IMG/VR virus record: IMGVR_UViG_3300021400_000529
Coordinates: 64,001 to 128,000 of that record
Length of the DNA: 64,000 nt
From: a virus
Lineage: Duplodnaviria; Caudoviricetes
Strand: one strand, 5' to 3'
Below, in pieces: positions 1 through 9,566 of this stretch (the first letter of the stretch is position 1; each line of letters starts with the position of its first letter). The notes under the pieces are model-generated. The model made no database searches. It was given only the letters and a program-made list of their open reading frames with translations, and had not been told where the DNA came from. The translations under genes were made by a program, and so were the position numbers.

Positions 1-496
1 TAATCCTCGGTTAATATCTGAAGATGAATTTAAGCGGTTGTGTTATAATTTAAAGGAGTTTGGACTTGTTGATCCGATAATTATTAATCTTAAAAATAAT
101 CGGATTATTGGTGGTCATCAAAGATATTTGGCATTATCTGAATCAATTTCACAGGATATGGATATGAATGTGTTGTGTCTTGGTGATATTGGTTGGGTGT
201 TTGAGGATAAGGATTTGTTGATAAAGGATGAACGGTATGAAAAGTCTTTGAATATTTCTCTTAATCGTTTGTCTGGTGAATGGGATTTGGATAAGTTATC
301 TAAATTGTTGGAGGATATAGTGGATTCTGGTTTGGATAATAGATTGTCTGGGTTTCAGCCCTCTGATTTTGAATTGTATGGTGAACAGGAGGAAATTTCT
401 TTTAATGAGGATTTGTTTGATTTGGATAAGGTGTATGCTCCTCCACATATGACTGTTTGTCCTCATTGTAATCATGAATTTTTTGAGGCTAATTAA
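1..496 (+). CDS. ParB/Srx-like N-terminal domain protein with C-terminal CxxC (5'-truncated by window edge)
   Basis: Frame is open from position 2 (NPRLISEDEFKRL...). ParB-N motifs FGLVDPIIIN, IIGGHQR and LNRLSGEWD; ends CPHCNHEF. Paralogue of 1293..1952. Confidence 0.8.
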   Translation, partial: NPRLISEDEFKRLCYNLKEFGLVDPIIINLKNNRIIGGHQRYLALSESISQDMDMNVLCLGDIGWVFEDKDLLIKDERYEKSLNISLNRLSGEWDLDKLSKLLEDIVDSGLDNRLSGFQPSDFELYGEQEEISFNEDLFDLDKVYAPPHMTVCPHCNHEFFEAN

Positions 497-498
497 AG

Positions 499-1245
499 AT
501 GGATATTTATGCTACAGTTAGGCCAGAAGTGTTGGGTTATCTTAATAAAACTGATTTTTTTAAGGATAAACCTTTGAATTTTCTTTTCAAATTTAATAAT
601 AATTCATATAATTATTTAACGGATTATTCTAATCTTAATATATTGGTGGATAGTGGGGCATATTATTTTAATGCTTATTCTCAGCAAACTGAAGGTGAGG
701 AAACGTTTGAGTTTATTGCGAAGTATATGGATTTTATTCATGATACTTTAGATGATCCTCGGATGAGGGGTTATTTTGACATGGATTTGAGGCATATGGG
801 TTTGCATAGGATAAAGAAGATCCGAAGTAAGTTGTTTAAAATCACTGATAAGATAATTCCGGTGTATCATATTTCTTGGGGTGAACATGAGTTTAAATGG
901 ATGTGTAAGAAATATGATTATATTGGGTTTCCGTGTAGTTCTAATTGTGGTCCGGAGTATTTTATACCTTTTGTTAAGTATGCTCATAAGCATGATTGTA
1001 AAATTCATGGTTTGGGTATGGATAGGGATAAAGTTATGAATCTTGTTCCTTTTGATTCAACAGATAGTGCTTTATGGATAAGACGGTCGATAACTGAGGG
1101 TTATTATTATAATAAGCATATTCCTAAAAATTTGGAGAATAATACTAAGTATAAACAGATTTATGTTCGTAGGGAGATGCAGAATCAGATTGGTCGTCAA
1201 ATTTATTATAAAAAAAGATGGAATCAGTATAATACAGTGATATAG
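499..1245 (+). CDS. Queuine/7-deazaguanine transglycosylase-like (TGT/DpdA-like) protein
   Basis: TGT-barrel motifs LVDSGAY, DMD, IIPVYH, KIHGLG and PFDSTDS; near a QueC gene. Confidence 0.65.
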   Translation: MDIYATVRPEVLGYLNKTDFFKDKPLNFLFKFNNNSYNYLTDYSNLNILVDSGAYYFNAYSQQTEGEETFEFIAKYMDFIHDTLDDPRMRGYFDMDLRHMGLHRIKKIRSKLFKITDKIIPVYHISWGEHEFKWMCKKYDYIGFPCSSNCGPEYFIPFVKYAHKHDCKIHGLGMDRDKVMNLVPFDSTDSALWIRRSITEGYYYNKHIPKNLENNTKYKQIYVRREMQNQIGRQIYYKKRWNQYNTVI

Positions 1246-1292
1246 TTAAACTATAATTTTTTTTTGTGTAAATACTTTTTTTTGGAGAATTT

Positions 1293-1952
1293 ATGATGAA
1301 AGTTGAAAAAATATACTTTTCAGATATACAACCTAGTGATTATAATCCTAGAAAAATAAGTCAAAATGAGATGTCTTCATTGTCACATAATTTAAAGGAG
1401 TTTGGACTTGTTGACCCTATAATAATTAACCTTAAAAACAATCATATTATTGGGGGTCATCAAAGATACAAAGTATTGGCAAGGAAGTATGGAGGAAATG
1501 AAAAATCCCAATTACACCTAATAAAACTAGGTGATATAGGATGGGTGTTTGAAGAAGATAAACTAACAATAAAAGATGAAGAACATGAAAAAGCATTAAA
1601 CCTTGCATTGAATAGGATAAAAGGTGAATGGGATTTTTCAAAATTATCACCAATCCTATATGACCTACGAAACTCGGATTTCAACACAAACTTAACCGGT
1701 TTCTCCACATTCGAAATAGATAAATTCACCATCCCCTCCGATTTAAACTTAGAATTCAATGAAATAGCAGAAATAGAAAAAGGGGAACGAAAACCAGAAA
1801 CAAACAATGATACTCCTGAAGAACAACAAGACACTTCCACAACAAACAATGAAACTGATGATGAACTAGAAAATGATGATGTACTGGTAAGTGCTGAGGA
1901 AATAGAACGATTACATAAACATAAATGTCCTAACTGCGGTTATGAATGGTAA
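1293..1952 (+). CDS. ParB/Srx-like N-terminal domain protein with acidic linker and C-terminal CxxC
   Basis: PSDYNPRKIS, FGLVDPIIIN, IIGGHQR, LNRIKGEWD; ends CPNCGYEW. GGAG upstream. Confidence 0.8.
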   Translation: MMKVEKIYFSDIQPSDYNPRKISQNEMSSLSHNLKEFGLVDPIIINLKNNHIIGGHQRYKVLARKYGGNEKSQLHLIKLGDIGWVFEEDKLTIKDEEHEKALNLALNRIKGEWDFSKLSPILYDLRNSDFNTNLTGFSTFEIDKFTIPSDLNLEFNEIAEIEKGERKPETNNDTPEEQQDTSTTNNETDDELENDDVLVSAEEIERLHKHKCPNCGYEW

Positions 1953-1974
1953 TGTAAGGAGAGATGTGTGTTAT

Positions 1975-2736
1975 ATGGATTATAGTGTAGCTAATCAATA
2001 TGAGAAAGAAATAAAACAAAAACTACAAAACAAACAATCAATGTCAAACCAAGAAATATTAGATGACATAACAAGAATTGACCTGAAACCTTCCCTCCTG
2101 ATTATGAGTGGTGGGTTAGATACTACAACTCTTTTATACTATTTGTGGGAAAAGTTAGTTCCTATTGAAGTGTTGAGTGTGGATTATGGTCAAGAGGGTT
2201 TGAAGGAACTGGATTATGTAAAACGCCATTGTGAAAAGTTGGGTGTGAAATATCATACGGTGAAAATATCTGACTTGGATGTGGCTGGTAACCTTGCAAG
2301 TGGTTGTGATAAAGTTAATGATGGTTCTACTCTTATTCCTAACCGTAATAGTATGTTTTTAAGTATTGGTGTAAGTTATGCTTTGCAGCATGGAATGGAA
2401 CGTGTGTATTATGGTGCGATAGATTGTGATCCGGCTTATTGTGATTGTCAACCTTTGTATGTGCATTATTTTAATATGCTTAATATGGTGTGTGATTTGA
2501 GGGAAGTACAGATTAAAGCACCTTTTATTGATAAGTCTAAAAGGGAAGTTATGGATATTGCTATGGAATTGGGTTTGGATTTGAATGATACTTGGACTTG
2601 TTTATGTGGTGGTGAGAAACAGTGTGGTGTTTGTGAAGCTTGTAGAACAAGGAAAGAAGCAGAACAGGAATATGTGAATTATTTAAATAAAAAGGTACGT
2701 TCTGTTCAAAGTAGTTTAAACAATTATGAAAAATAG
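1975..2736 (+). CDS. queC: QueC-family (7-cyano-7-deazaguanine synthase-like) PP-loop ATPase
   Basis: SGGLDTT PP-loop, DYGQ, PNRNSMFL, DC, TWTC..CGVCEAC zinc site. ATG 1975 chosen because of upstream AAGGAGAG; the ORF track starts at 1942. Confidence 0.85.
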   Translation: MDYSVANQYEKEIKQKLQNKQSMSNQEILDDITRIDLKPSLLIMSGGLDTTTLLYYLWEKLVPIEVLSVDYGQEGLKELDYVKRHCEKLGVKYHTVKISDLDVAGNLASGCDKVNDGSTLIPNRNSMFLSIGVSYALQHGMERVYYGAIDCDPAYCDCQPLYVHYFNMLNMVCDLREVQIKAPFIDKSKREVMDIAMELGLDLNDTWTCLCGGEKQCGVCEACRTRKEAEQEYVNYLNKKVRSVQSSLNNYEK

Positions 2737-2765
2737 TTGCTGATTGGAAATGTGGGGTGTTACTT

Positions 2766-3464
2766 ATGGGAAAGAATAGACATAATATAAACAATCCTTC
2801 AGTGTATGAATTGGAGCAAGGACTGCCGTTTCCTCCAAGTGCACATAGAATAATACCTACTGATGGTCATTCACCAGAATGGATGGATGCTTTTATTCAA
2901 CACATGGCTTTATGGGTAAATTTTGGTGCATTTGACCCAAATAATGGATTTTCTAAAGAAGAAAGGGAGTACATACTCAAAAACATGGAACCTTTGTCAG
3001 AATCATACCGGAAACAAAAGTTACTTTGGGGTGAGACTGATCCTGATATGTTTCGGGCACCGACTGTATTAGTAAGGATTGAAAAACAACATCACTTTAA
3101 TAAACAAAATTTAAAAAAAGGGGATAAATTGTCATCTAATCATGAATTAAGAAGTTTCAGTAGGGATGAAAGATTACCCTCTCACCTTATGGATGAGTAT
3201 ACTGGAAAATATGAGGGTGGTGCTACCATATACATCATAAAGGGAGACACAAAACAATATGATGTAAATTACCTTGAACCATTTCAAGGAGAAAAGGAAT
3301 CTTTTGTTGATTCAAACTCCTTAGTTGTTTCAGATACTAAAAAGTATCGGGGCAGTAATGAAAAAATGGTGGATAGAATATATGATGATTATGGTATTGA
3401 TTTGAGTAGTGCTCGTAACCTTCCTTCAAACATAAGAATAGTGGAGTTAACCCAAGAAAACTGA
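2766..3464 (+). CDS. MGKNR-leader protein 1; putative ADP-ribosyltransferase (R-S-E clade)
   Basis: Begins MGKNR. Motifs VLVR, RSFS and QGEKESFV fit the R / SxS / ExE signature. Confidence 0.6.
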   Translation: MGKNRHNINNPSVYELEQGLPFPPSAHRIIPTDGHSPEWMDAFIQHMALWVNFGAFDPNNGFSKEEREYILKNMEPLSESYRKQKLLWGETDPDMFRAPTVLVRIEKQHHFNKQNLKKGDKLSSNHELRSFSRDERLPSHLMDEYTGKYEGGATIYIIKGDTKQYDVNYLEPFQGEKESFVDSNSLVVSDTKKYRGSNEKMVDRIYDDYGIDLSSARNLPSNIRIVELTQEN

Positions 3465-3527
3465 ACCAATCAAACAATAAAAAAATAATGGGATAATGGA
3501 AAAAAGGGTGTAGATTAGGAGTATATT

Positions 3528-4055
3528 ATGGGTAAAAATAGGAAAAGAAATGGTGGACAAACAAGTCCTGGAGAAAACACAAGACCGTTTGATAATAGAA
3601 CAATAGATGAAATAAATAATGATGCTGTAAACAAAGCACTAGTTGAGGAAAACTTTGAAAACATAGAATTAGAAGCACTAGAATATGAAGCTAACCAAGG
3701 AAACTTCATTATAACGAACATGGATTCCAGTTCAGATGATGAAACTTACAAATTAGTAAATCCACGAAAAGACTATCAACAAGTAACAGTGGATAGGGGA
3801 AGCAACAGAATGTTACTAATGAATCGTGAAAGTGGAGATAGTGGTTTAGGAGATATACTTTCTAAAATAGATGAACATGTGGGTCAAAACACACGAAATA
3901 TAAACGTAGTCTTTGACCCTTACTTAGAACAGAATGGTGAAGGATTCATAATAAGAAATGGACCAGACCTTGTAATAAACAGTGCATACATGGATGGATC
4001 AAGCACATCCGAAATAAATGATTTACTTGATGATTACTTTAACAAGTATGGTTAG
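3528..4055 (+). CDS. MGKNR-leader protein 2; acidic, possibly a degenerate zincin paralogue
   Basis: Begins MGKNRKRNGG; AGGAG RBS. C-terminus resembles the pre-HExxH region of the paralogues but lacks HExxH. Confidence 0.6.
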   Translation: MGKNRKRNGGQTSPGENTRPFDNRTIDEINNDAVNKALVEENFENIELEALEYEANQGNFIITNMDSSSDDETYKLVNPRKDYQQVTVDRGSNRMLLMNRESGDSGLGDILSKIDEHVGQNTRNINVVFDPYLEQNGEGFIIRNGPDLVINSAYMDGSSTSEINDLLDDYFNKYG

Positions 4056-4094
4056 AGGATAATATGAGTAAACTATGAGTGGTGATGGTAATAT

Positions 4095-4988
4095 ATGGGT
4101 AAAAATAGGAAAAGTGGTGGTAGTGGTGGTGGAAACCAGCCTTCTGATGATGAATTAACATGGCAATCCGTAAAAGATGATCCTGAAAAAATTGCGGAGT
4201 TAACTGGTTGGAAATTCACCAAGTATGGTGATGGCAGTTATGATTTTTATGACAAAGAAAATGATTTTCATCTTAAATTAACTGCTCAAACATTAGAAGA
4301 ATTAAAAGATGCACCACTCATGCTTAACAGGATGGTAAAAATAGTTTATAACTTGCCAGATATGAATAAGCAGGTAACACCGAGTATGTATATTATATCT
4401 CCACCACCATATAGGAATGGAGTTTATGGTCAACATATGTCTATCCAGAATAAATATACTAAGGAAGTGCTTGGTCATAGTGTAGCAATTAACTCATCAG
4501 TATTCACAGAAGATGATGATGAAGTTACAAGGATTATGTTACATGAAACTAATCATGCACTTGATTATATTATGGGTGGACTTAAAGACAAAACCAGTAT
4601 TTCCCATTCACGTGAGTTTAAAAATGCTCTTAAATTAGATGGTCCATCCACAGATTATGGTGAATCAACAAAGTATAAAATAAATAAAAATGGTATTATC
4701 ACTGGAGAGTATTCAGAGAGGAGTTTGTATACTAAAGGTTCTAAGTGGTTGACTGAGAATTATGCTGAAGCTGGAAGTATTGTGCAACTTAAAAGATTAG
4801 GGTATGGTTCATCTGAGATTGAATTGCCTGGTGGTAAGTATGTGACGGTTGATGATTGGTGTGAATCTCATAGTCATGTTTATAATGTGGTTAATGATTT
4901 CCTTGATGATTATGATATGAATAATTATGGTAAACCTAATGTTAGTCATGAGATGATTGATAAGCGGTATTCTAATAATATTATTTAG
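4095..4988 (+). CDS. MGKNR-leader protein 3; lethal-factor-like zinc metallopeptidase
   Basis: MGKNRKSGGSGGG; HETNHALDY ... STDYG ... ENYAE. Confidence 0.7.
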   Translation: MGKNRKSGGSGGGNQPSDDELTWQSVKDDPEKIAELTGWKFTKYGDGSYDFYDKENDFHLKLTAQTLEELKDAPLMLNRMVKIVYNLPDMNKQVTPSMYIISPPPYRNGVYGQHMSIQNKYTKEVLGHSVAINSSVFTEDDDEVTRIMLHETNHALDYIMGGLKDKTSISHSREFKNALKLDGPSTDYGESTKYKINKNGIITGEYSERSLYTKGSKWLTENYAEAGSIVQLKRLGYGSSEIELPGGKYVTVDDWCESHSHVYNVVNDFLDDYDMNNYGKPNVSHEMIDKRYSNNII

Positions 4989-5305
4989 TTGTTTGTGGTT
5001 ATTTCATAGTTTTCGTCAAGTATTGTGCTGGTGTATACTGGTGTTTTACTGTCTTCTGTGTGTATGATTTCTGTCCATGATGGTGGTGTGTTTAAGTCGA
5101 GTATGTTTTCGATTTTTACTAGTTTTCCGTCTACTTTGTTTTCTGTGGTGAATACGTGGATTGTTTTTCCTTCTATTGTTTCCTTGTGGTATTCTCCATA
5201 TGTTTTGATGGGTTCTCCTAGTTGGTAATTTAGTACATGTTCTGGAATATCATTTTCTGGTGTTATTTTGTAATGTTTAATTAAATCTTTTATTGTTTTT
5301 ATCAT
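4985..5305 (-). CDS. Small antisense partner of 4095..4988 (putative immunity/inhibitor)
   Basis: Convergent, with a 4-nt 3' overlap. N-terminus MIKTIKDLIKHYKI..IPE shares a pattern with the three other antisense genes. Confidence 0.65.
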   Translation of the reverse strand: MIKTIKDLIKHYKITPENDIPEHVLNYQLGEPIKTYGEYHKETIEGKTIHVFTTENKVDGKLVKIENILDLNTPPSWTEIIHTEDSKTPVYTSTILDENYEITTNN

Positions 5306-5381
5306 TTCTTTCAGCCTCAAATTATTTTATTTTTTTATTTGGTTGGTATGTATGTTGTTTTAATTATTTAATTGTTAAGGA

Positions 5382-5394
5382 TTTTATTATAAAA
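5382..5394. promoter_or_regulatory. Palindrome TTTTATNATAAAA upstream of TerS
   Basis: Exact palindrome, recurring upstream of TerL, the tail completion gene and the endolysin. Confidence 0.45.
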
Positions 5395-5461
5395 TGGTAT
5401 GATGTTAAAGGTTGTGTGTTTTATAAATAGTGATAATGGAAAGTAATGGTGGTTTTTTGTT

Positions 5462-6121
5462 ATGTCAAATGAAGATAATGATGAATATAATTATGATGAA
5501 AGAATTAAGAATGAAACTGTGAAAGCTTTTGCTTATTTTAACACTTACTTGGAGTTAGGACCAAATCGTTCACTGAGTAAAGTACGAGAGAAACATAATA
5601 ATGATATTAGTTTACATCAGTTAAAGAATTATAGTAAAAAATATCATTGGGTTTCCAGAGCAAACAAGAAAGATGAAGATGACTTACAAGTACATAAGGA
5701 AAAGTTACGAGAGGAACAGGAACAGTACTTTGATAAGAGAATGGAACAACTTGACCAGTATCATCAAGCAACAGATGCTGTTCTTGGTCAATTGATGGTT
5801 GACCTCGGACTTATTCCAAATCCAAAAACAAAAGAGTTCGAACCCAATGACCGTGTGAACAGTACTACAGTTGCCAACAGTATTCAAAGTCTTACTAATG
5901 CTAATGCTGTAACTACTAAATTAGCTCTTCGTTTCCTTGGTTTACCAGAGCAAGTTAATGATACACAGGAAGTGGAAGTTAAAGCTGATGTTTCCACAGA
6001 TTATAATGAGGAGTTGAATAAACGGTATGCTGAGTTTAGTGAATCCATCATGGACAAAGCATTCATTAACAAACAGTTAGATTTGATAGATAAAATGATT
6101 GAAAACAAGAATAAGCAATAA
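5462..6121 (+). CDS. terS: Terminase small subunit (putative)
   Basis: N-terminal HTH-like AFAYFNTYLELGPNRSL...WVSRA followed by a helical region; lies upstream of portal and TerL. Confidence 0.65.
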   Translation: MSNEDNDEYNYDERIKNETVKAFAYFNTYLELGPNRSLSKVREKHNNDISLHQLKNYSKKYHWVSRANKKDEDDLQVHKEKLREEQEQYFDKRMEQLDQYHQATDAVLGQLMVDLGLIPNPKTKEFEPNDRVNSTTVANSIQSLTNANAVTTKLALRFLGLPEQVNDTQEVEVKADVSTDYNEELNKRYAEFSESIMDKAFINKQLDLIDKMIENKNKQ

Positions 6122-6136
6122 TTTTTAGGGTAGACA

Positions 6137-7126
6137 ATGGGTAAAAATAGGAAAAGTGCTGGTGGTGGTGCTGGAGAACCAATTCCCACTGAACCAGAAA
6201 TAGATTATTCAGAACAAAACAATGAAGTGTTCCAAGAAATATGTAAAGAAAAGGGTGTTGGACCTAAAGCTAAACAAAAATTAATAGAAATTTTAGAATT
6301 TTGTAATGACAACAACCTAGAATTAACTAAAGGTATAACAATATCATCTCCTAAAAAAGATAATCCTTGGTTTAAGTATGGTGGAACTGCACGGGCAACT
6401 ATTGTTGACAAGGAAACCGGTAAGAAAATCAGTATTTTTGATGACATGCTCAAAGGAAAAAATGCTGATGAATTATCCAAAGAATCATTGGATAACCTGT
6501 TAAAAGGTATACGGTATGAATATGAACATACAAACCCAGAATTCCATAATCTGTATTCTGACATTTTGTTAACAAACCATCGTTTAATACAGGATAGTGG
6601 TAAATGGGTTGCTAGTGGTGGATACGCATTCTTTGACCCGGTAGTACCGAATGCAATTACTATTAGAAGTAGTATGTTGGGTAAACAAGATTTCACTAAA
6701 CTGGGTAAAAATTCATATGGTCATCAATGGAATGAAAACTCTGTTAAAAAGATGGCCGCCACTATTGCTCATGAAAATGGTCATGCTTATGATTATCATG
6801 TGATTGGTAAGGGTACTGGTACTGACCAACCTTCTATTTTCACTGAACATGGACGAAATACTAATACTATTGGTCCATGCTCTTATGCTACAGATGTTCC
6901 TGGTGAAACAATTTCAACAGTCTGTGAGATGGTTATTAATAGAAGAGTTAGAAGTGATGCTAATTTGAGTGATGGCACGAGTATTGATGATGCGTACCAT
7001 GATAAGTATGGTAAATGGCCATCTTCTGTGCCTTCTGCTACGGAGAGTAAGAGAATGTATGAAATATGGTCCAATGATCCACAGTGGGCTCCTTTGATTG
7101 CTGAAGTTGAAGGGTTTATGTTATAA
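6137..7126 (+). CDS. MGKNR-leader protein 4; zinc metallopeptidase
   Basis: MGKNRKSAGGGAG; HENGHAYDY ... CSYA ... GETIS. Confidence 0.65.
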   Translation: MGKNRKSAGGGAGEPIPTEPEIDYSEQNNEVFQEICKEKGVGPKAKQKLIEILEFCNDNNLELTKGITISSPKKDNPWFKYGGTARATIVDKETGKKISIFDDMLKGKNADELSKESLDNLLKGIRYEYEHTNPEFHNLYSDILLTNHRLIQDSGKWVASGGYAFFDPVVPNAITIRSSMLGKQDFTKLGKNSYGHQWNENSVKKMAATIAHENGHAYDYHVIGKGTGTDQPSIFTEHGRNTNTIGPCSYATDVPGETISTVCEMVINRRVRSDANLSDGTSIDDAYHDKYGKWPSSVPSATESKRMYEIWSNDPQWAPLIAEVEGFML

Positions 7127-7205
7127 AAATATAGAAATAGTCCTTTTTTTAGGGAGTGTATAAAGCAGTTTCTAAATTATAGAGTGTGGTGGAGAGTGTT
7201 GTGTT

Positions 7206-7562
7206 TTAATATTTTACTCCCCATTGTTCTCCTTTGTAGTCTAAGTCGTAGGAGATTGGTTCCTCATATTTTTTGTTGGTTGGTTGTTGTGTGATGGTTA
7301 TTGTCATGGAACGGTAGTCTTCTGGTGTGTAATTGATTGTTATTTCATAGTCTTTGAATTTGTATGTGTATGTTTCTGTTTTTTCGTTTGTTGTATGTGT
7401 TGGTTGTGGTATTTGGTTTAGTGTTACTGTTTCCTCTTTGAATAGTGGCTTTGTTTGTGGGTTGTCTGAGAACAGTATTGTTTCTTTGAGTTTTTTGCTC
7501 ATGTTTTCTGTGTTTATGTTGGTTTTGTGTTTTTTTATGATGTTTTCTATGGTTATGTTCAT
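7206..7562 (-). CDS. Small antisense partner of 6137..7126 (putative immunity/inhibitor)
   Basis: Convergent; GAAGGTGA RBS on the minus strand; N-terminus MNITIENIIKKHK. Confidence 0.65.
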   Translation of the reverse strand: MNITIENIIKKHKTNINTENMSKKLKETILFSDNPQTKPLFKEETVTLNQIPQPTHTTNEKTETYTYKFKDYEITINYTPEDYRSMTITITQQPTNKKYEEPISYDLDYKGEQWGVKY

Positions 7563-7884
7563 TTTGGGTTCACCTTCATATTATTTTTTTTTTATTTGGT
7601 ATATTATTGTATTTGTTAACATTTATATTTTACTATTTCATTATAAAACCTTAATACTTTAACTGGTAAAAAAAGAATATCCATTCAAATATAACCAAAT
7701 TAACCAAATTAATAAGTAATTTAATGATAAAACCAACAAATAATCATCATATATTAAATTAAACAATTCAGAATAAGAATTTGTACTATTTAATATTAAT
7801 ATATATATTAATAGAAATAATTAAAAGGAAAAACCAAACCATCATAAAATAAAGAAAAAAAAGGAGTGGAAAACACAATCCAAA

Positions 7885-9504
7885 ATGGCAATACAACAAT
7901 TTATAGTAACAAACCATAACAACGAATGGGAAGTCATAGAAAAAAGCATACTGGACAGGTATGTGATTAAAGAAGATGACCTCAAAGTACAATCCAAATC
8001 AGTACATGACGAATTTGATTACAGTGAATTCAAAAGACCACAATTCAACCTCAAAAAATTATGTGAACTACTAGACAACAACACATACCACAGACGATGT
8101 TGCGAAGTAGTAGCCGAAGATGCAAGTGGATATGGATACAATATAGTTCCACTAAACCAGGTACATGATGATTCTAACGAAAATGAAGATCAAAAAGAAT
8201 TCATAGAAGAATTTCTTAAATCATTATATACTCCCATAAACACAGCACTATACAAATACTGCTATGATAAAAGAGCAGTAGGATGTGGGTGTATGGAAAT
8301 ACTACGTGAAAGTACAAGCAAAAGCAACATAGTAGACCTTAACCCAATACCTATATTCAACATGCTCGTACACAGAGATGGAGTAAGAGTACTTCAAAGA
8401 GTAGGAGCAAAACAACGATGGTTTGTATTATATGGTAAAAATGTAACTCCTGATGGCGTAAAATTTGATGTTCATTGTGATACTGGTAAACAGGTAGAAT
8501 ATGATACACTTGACCCAACAGAAAGAGCTAACGAACTCATATGGGGAGTAAACTATGCACCACATACTCCAACATATGGAAGTGCCAAAATAGTTCCAGC
8601 AATAAGAGCAATATTCGGAGACCTTAGCAGAGCAAGATACAACAATAGTTTCTTCCAAAACTATGGAATGCCATCATACGCAGTAGTGGTTACTGGTGAC
8701 TTTGATACGGGAGCAGACCCAGAGGACCCAGATTATGATGAAACAGAAACCTTGAAATATAAAATCAAGGAGAATATGGAAAATGCTGTAAAAAATCCTC
8801 ACAGTGCATTTGCCATGCTTATTCCTTCCTCAGAAGGTAATGTTCATGTTCAGTTCCACAAATTAAATGCTGGTGGAAGTAATGAGGCAAGTTTCAGATT
8901 ATACCGAGCAGATAACAGGGAAGAAGTAATGAGTGCTCATGGAGTACCACCTTACCGGATAGGACTTGCAATTAATGGAACACTTGGTGGAAGTACAAGT
9001 GTTGAAAGTGGAAACATTTACAACACCAGTATTATTCAACCAATCAAAAAGAAAAACGAGGACATTGTAAATGAAGTGTTGGTTAATGAGTATAATCAGA
9101 GGTTTGGGAAAGAAGAAACACAACTTTCATGGGTATTTAAAATAGAAGAAATAGATAAAAGAGATTACTTCCGTGATTTACAAAGTGCAAATATGTTATT
9201 TAACATGGCTGCCATGACTCCACGTCAAGTTTGTGAAAGTCTTGGAAAACCTATTGGTGCTATAGCAGACCCTGATAATCCATACCTTGATGAATATTTC
9301 ATACATGGAACTCCTTTATCATTAATGTTCAAGAACAATGAGATGGGTGAGTCACATAGTGTTCTTGATAAATTACATATTCAACAGCAAATGTGGATTA
9401 ATGAGTTACAGGCAAGATTGGGTGCTATGCAAATGGGTATTGATGCTGGTATGATTCCAACAAACGCACCGAATCCCACATTTGATGAATTAAACAAGGA
9501 CTAA
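7885..9504 (+). CDS. Portal protein
   Basis: FFQNYGMPSYAVVV and SAHGVPPYRIG...GG portal motifs; 539 aa; AGGAG upstream; position in the head module. Confidence 0.9.
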   Translation: MAIQQFIVTNHNNEWEVIEKSILDRYVIKEDDLKVQSKSVHDEFDYSEFKRPQFNLKKLCELLDNNTYHRRCCEVVAEDASGYGYNIVPLNQVHDDSNENEDQKEFIEEFLKSLYTPINTALYKYCYDKRAVGCGCMEILRESTSKSNIVDLNPIPIFNMLVHRDGVRVLQRVGAKQRWFVLYGKNVTPDGVKFDVHCDTGKQVEYDTLDPTERANELIWGVNYAPHTPTYGSAKIVPAIRAIFGDLSRARYNNSFFQNYGMPSYAVVVTGDFDTGADPEDPDYDETETLKYKIKENMENAVKNPHSAFAMLIPSSEGNVHVQFHKLNAGGSNEASFRLYRADNREEVMSAHGVPPYRIGLAINGTLGGSTSVESGNIYNTSIIQPIKKKNEDIVNEVLVNEYNQRFGKEETQLSWVFKIEEIDKRDYFRDLQSANMLFNMAAMTPRQVCESLGKPIGAIADPDNPYLDEYFIHGTPLSLMFKNNEMGESHSVLDKLHIQQQMWINELQARLGAMQMGIDAGMIPTNAPNPTFDELNKD

Positions 9505-9566
9505 AATTGTAACAAAGTGGTTACTGATTATTATTTTTTTTTAGAATTAAGTGAAAATCTGTTTTT

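Noticed and set aside
1241-1255. Palindrome TATAGTTAAACTATA at the end of the TGT-like gene
   Set aside because: Single clear instance in AT-rich DNA; no function can be supported.
7354-7662. Hydrophobic plus-strand ORF resembling a membrane protein
   Set aside because: Arises from the G/T-rich antisense of 7206..7562, which has an RBS and paralogues.
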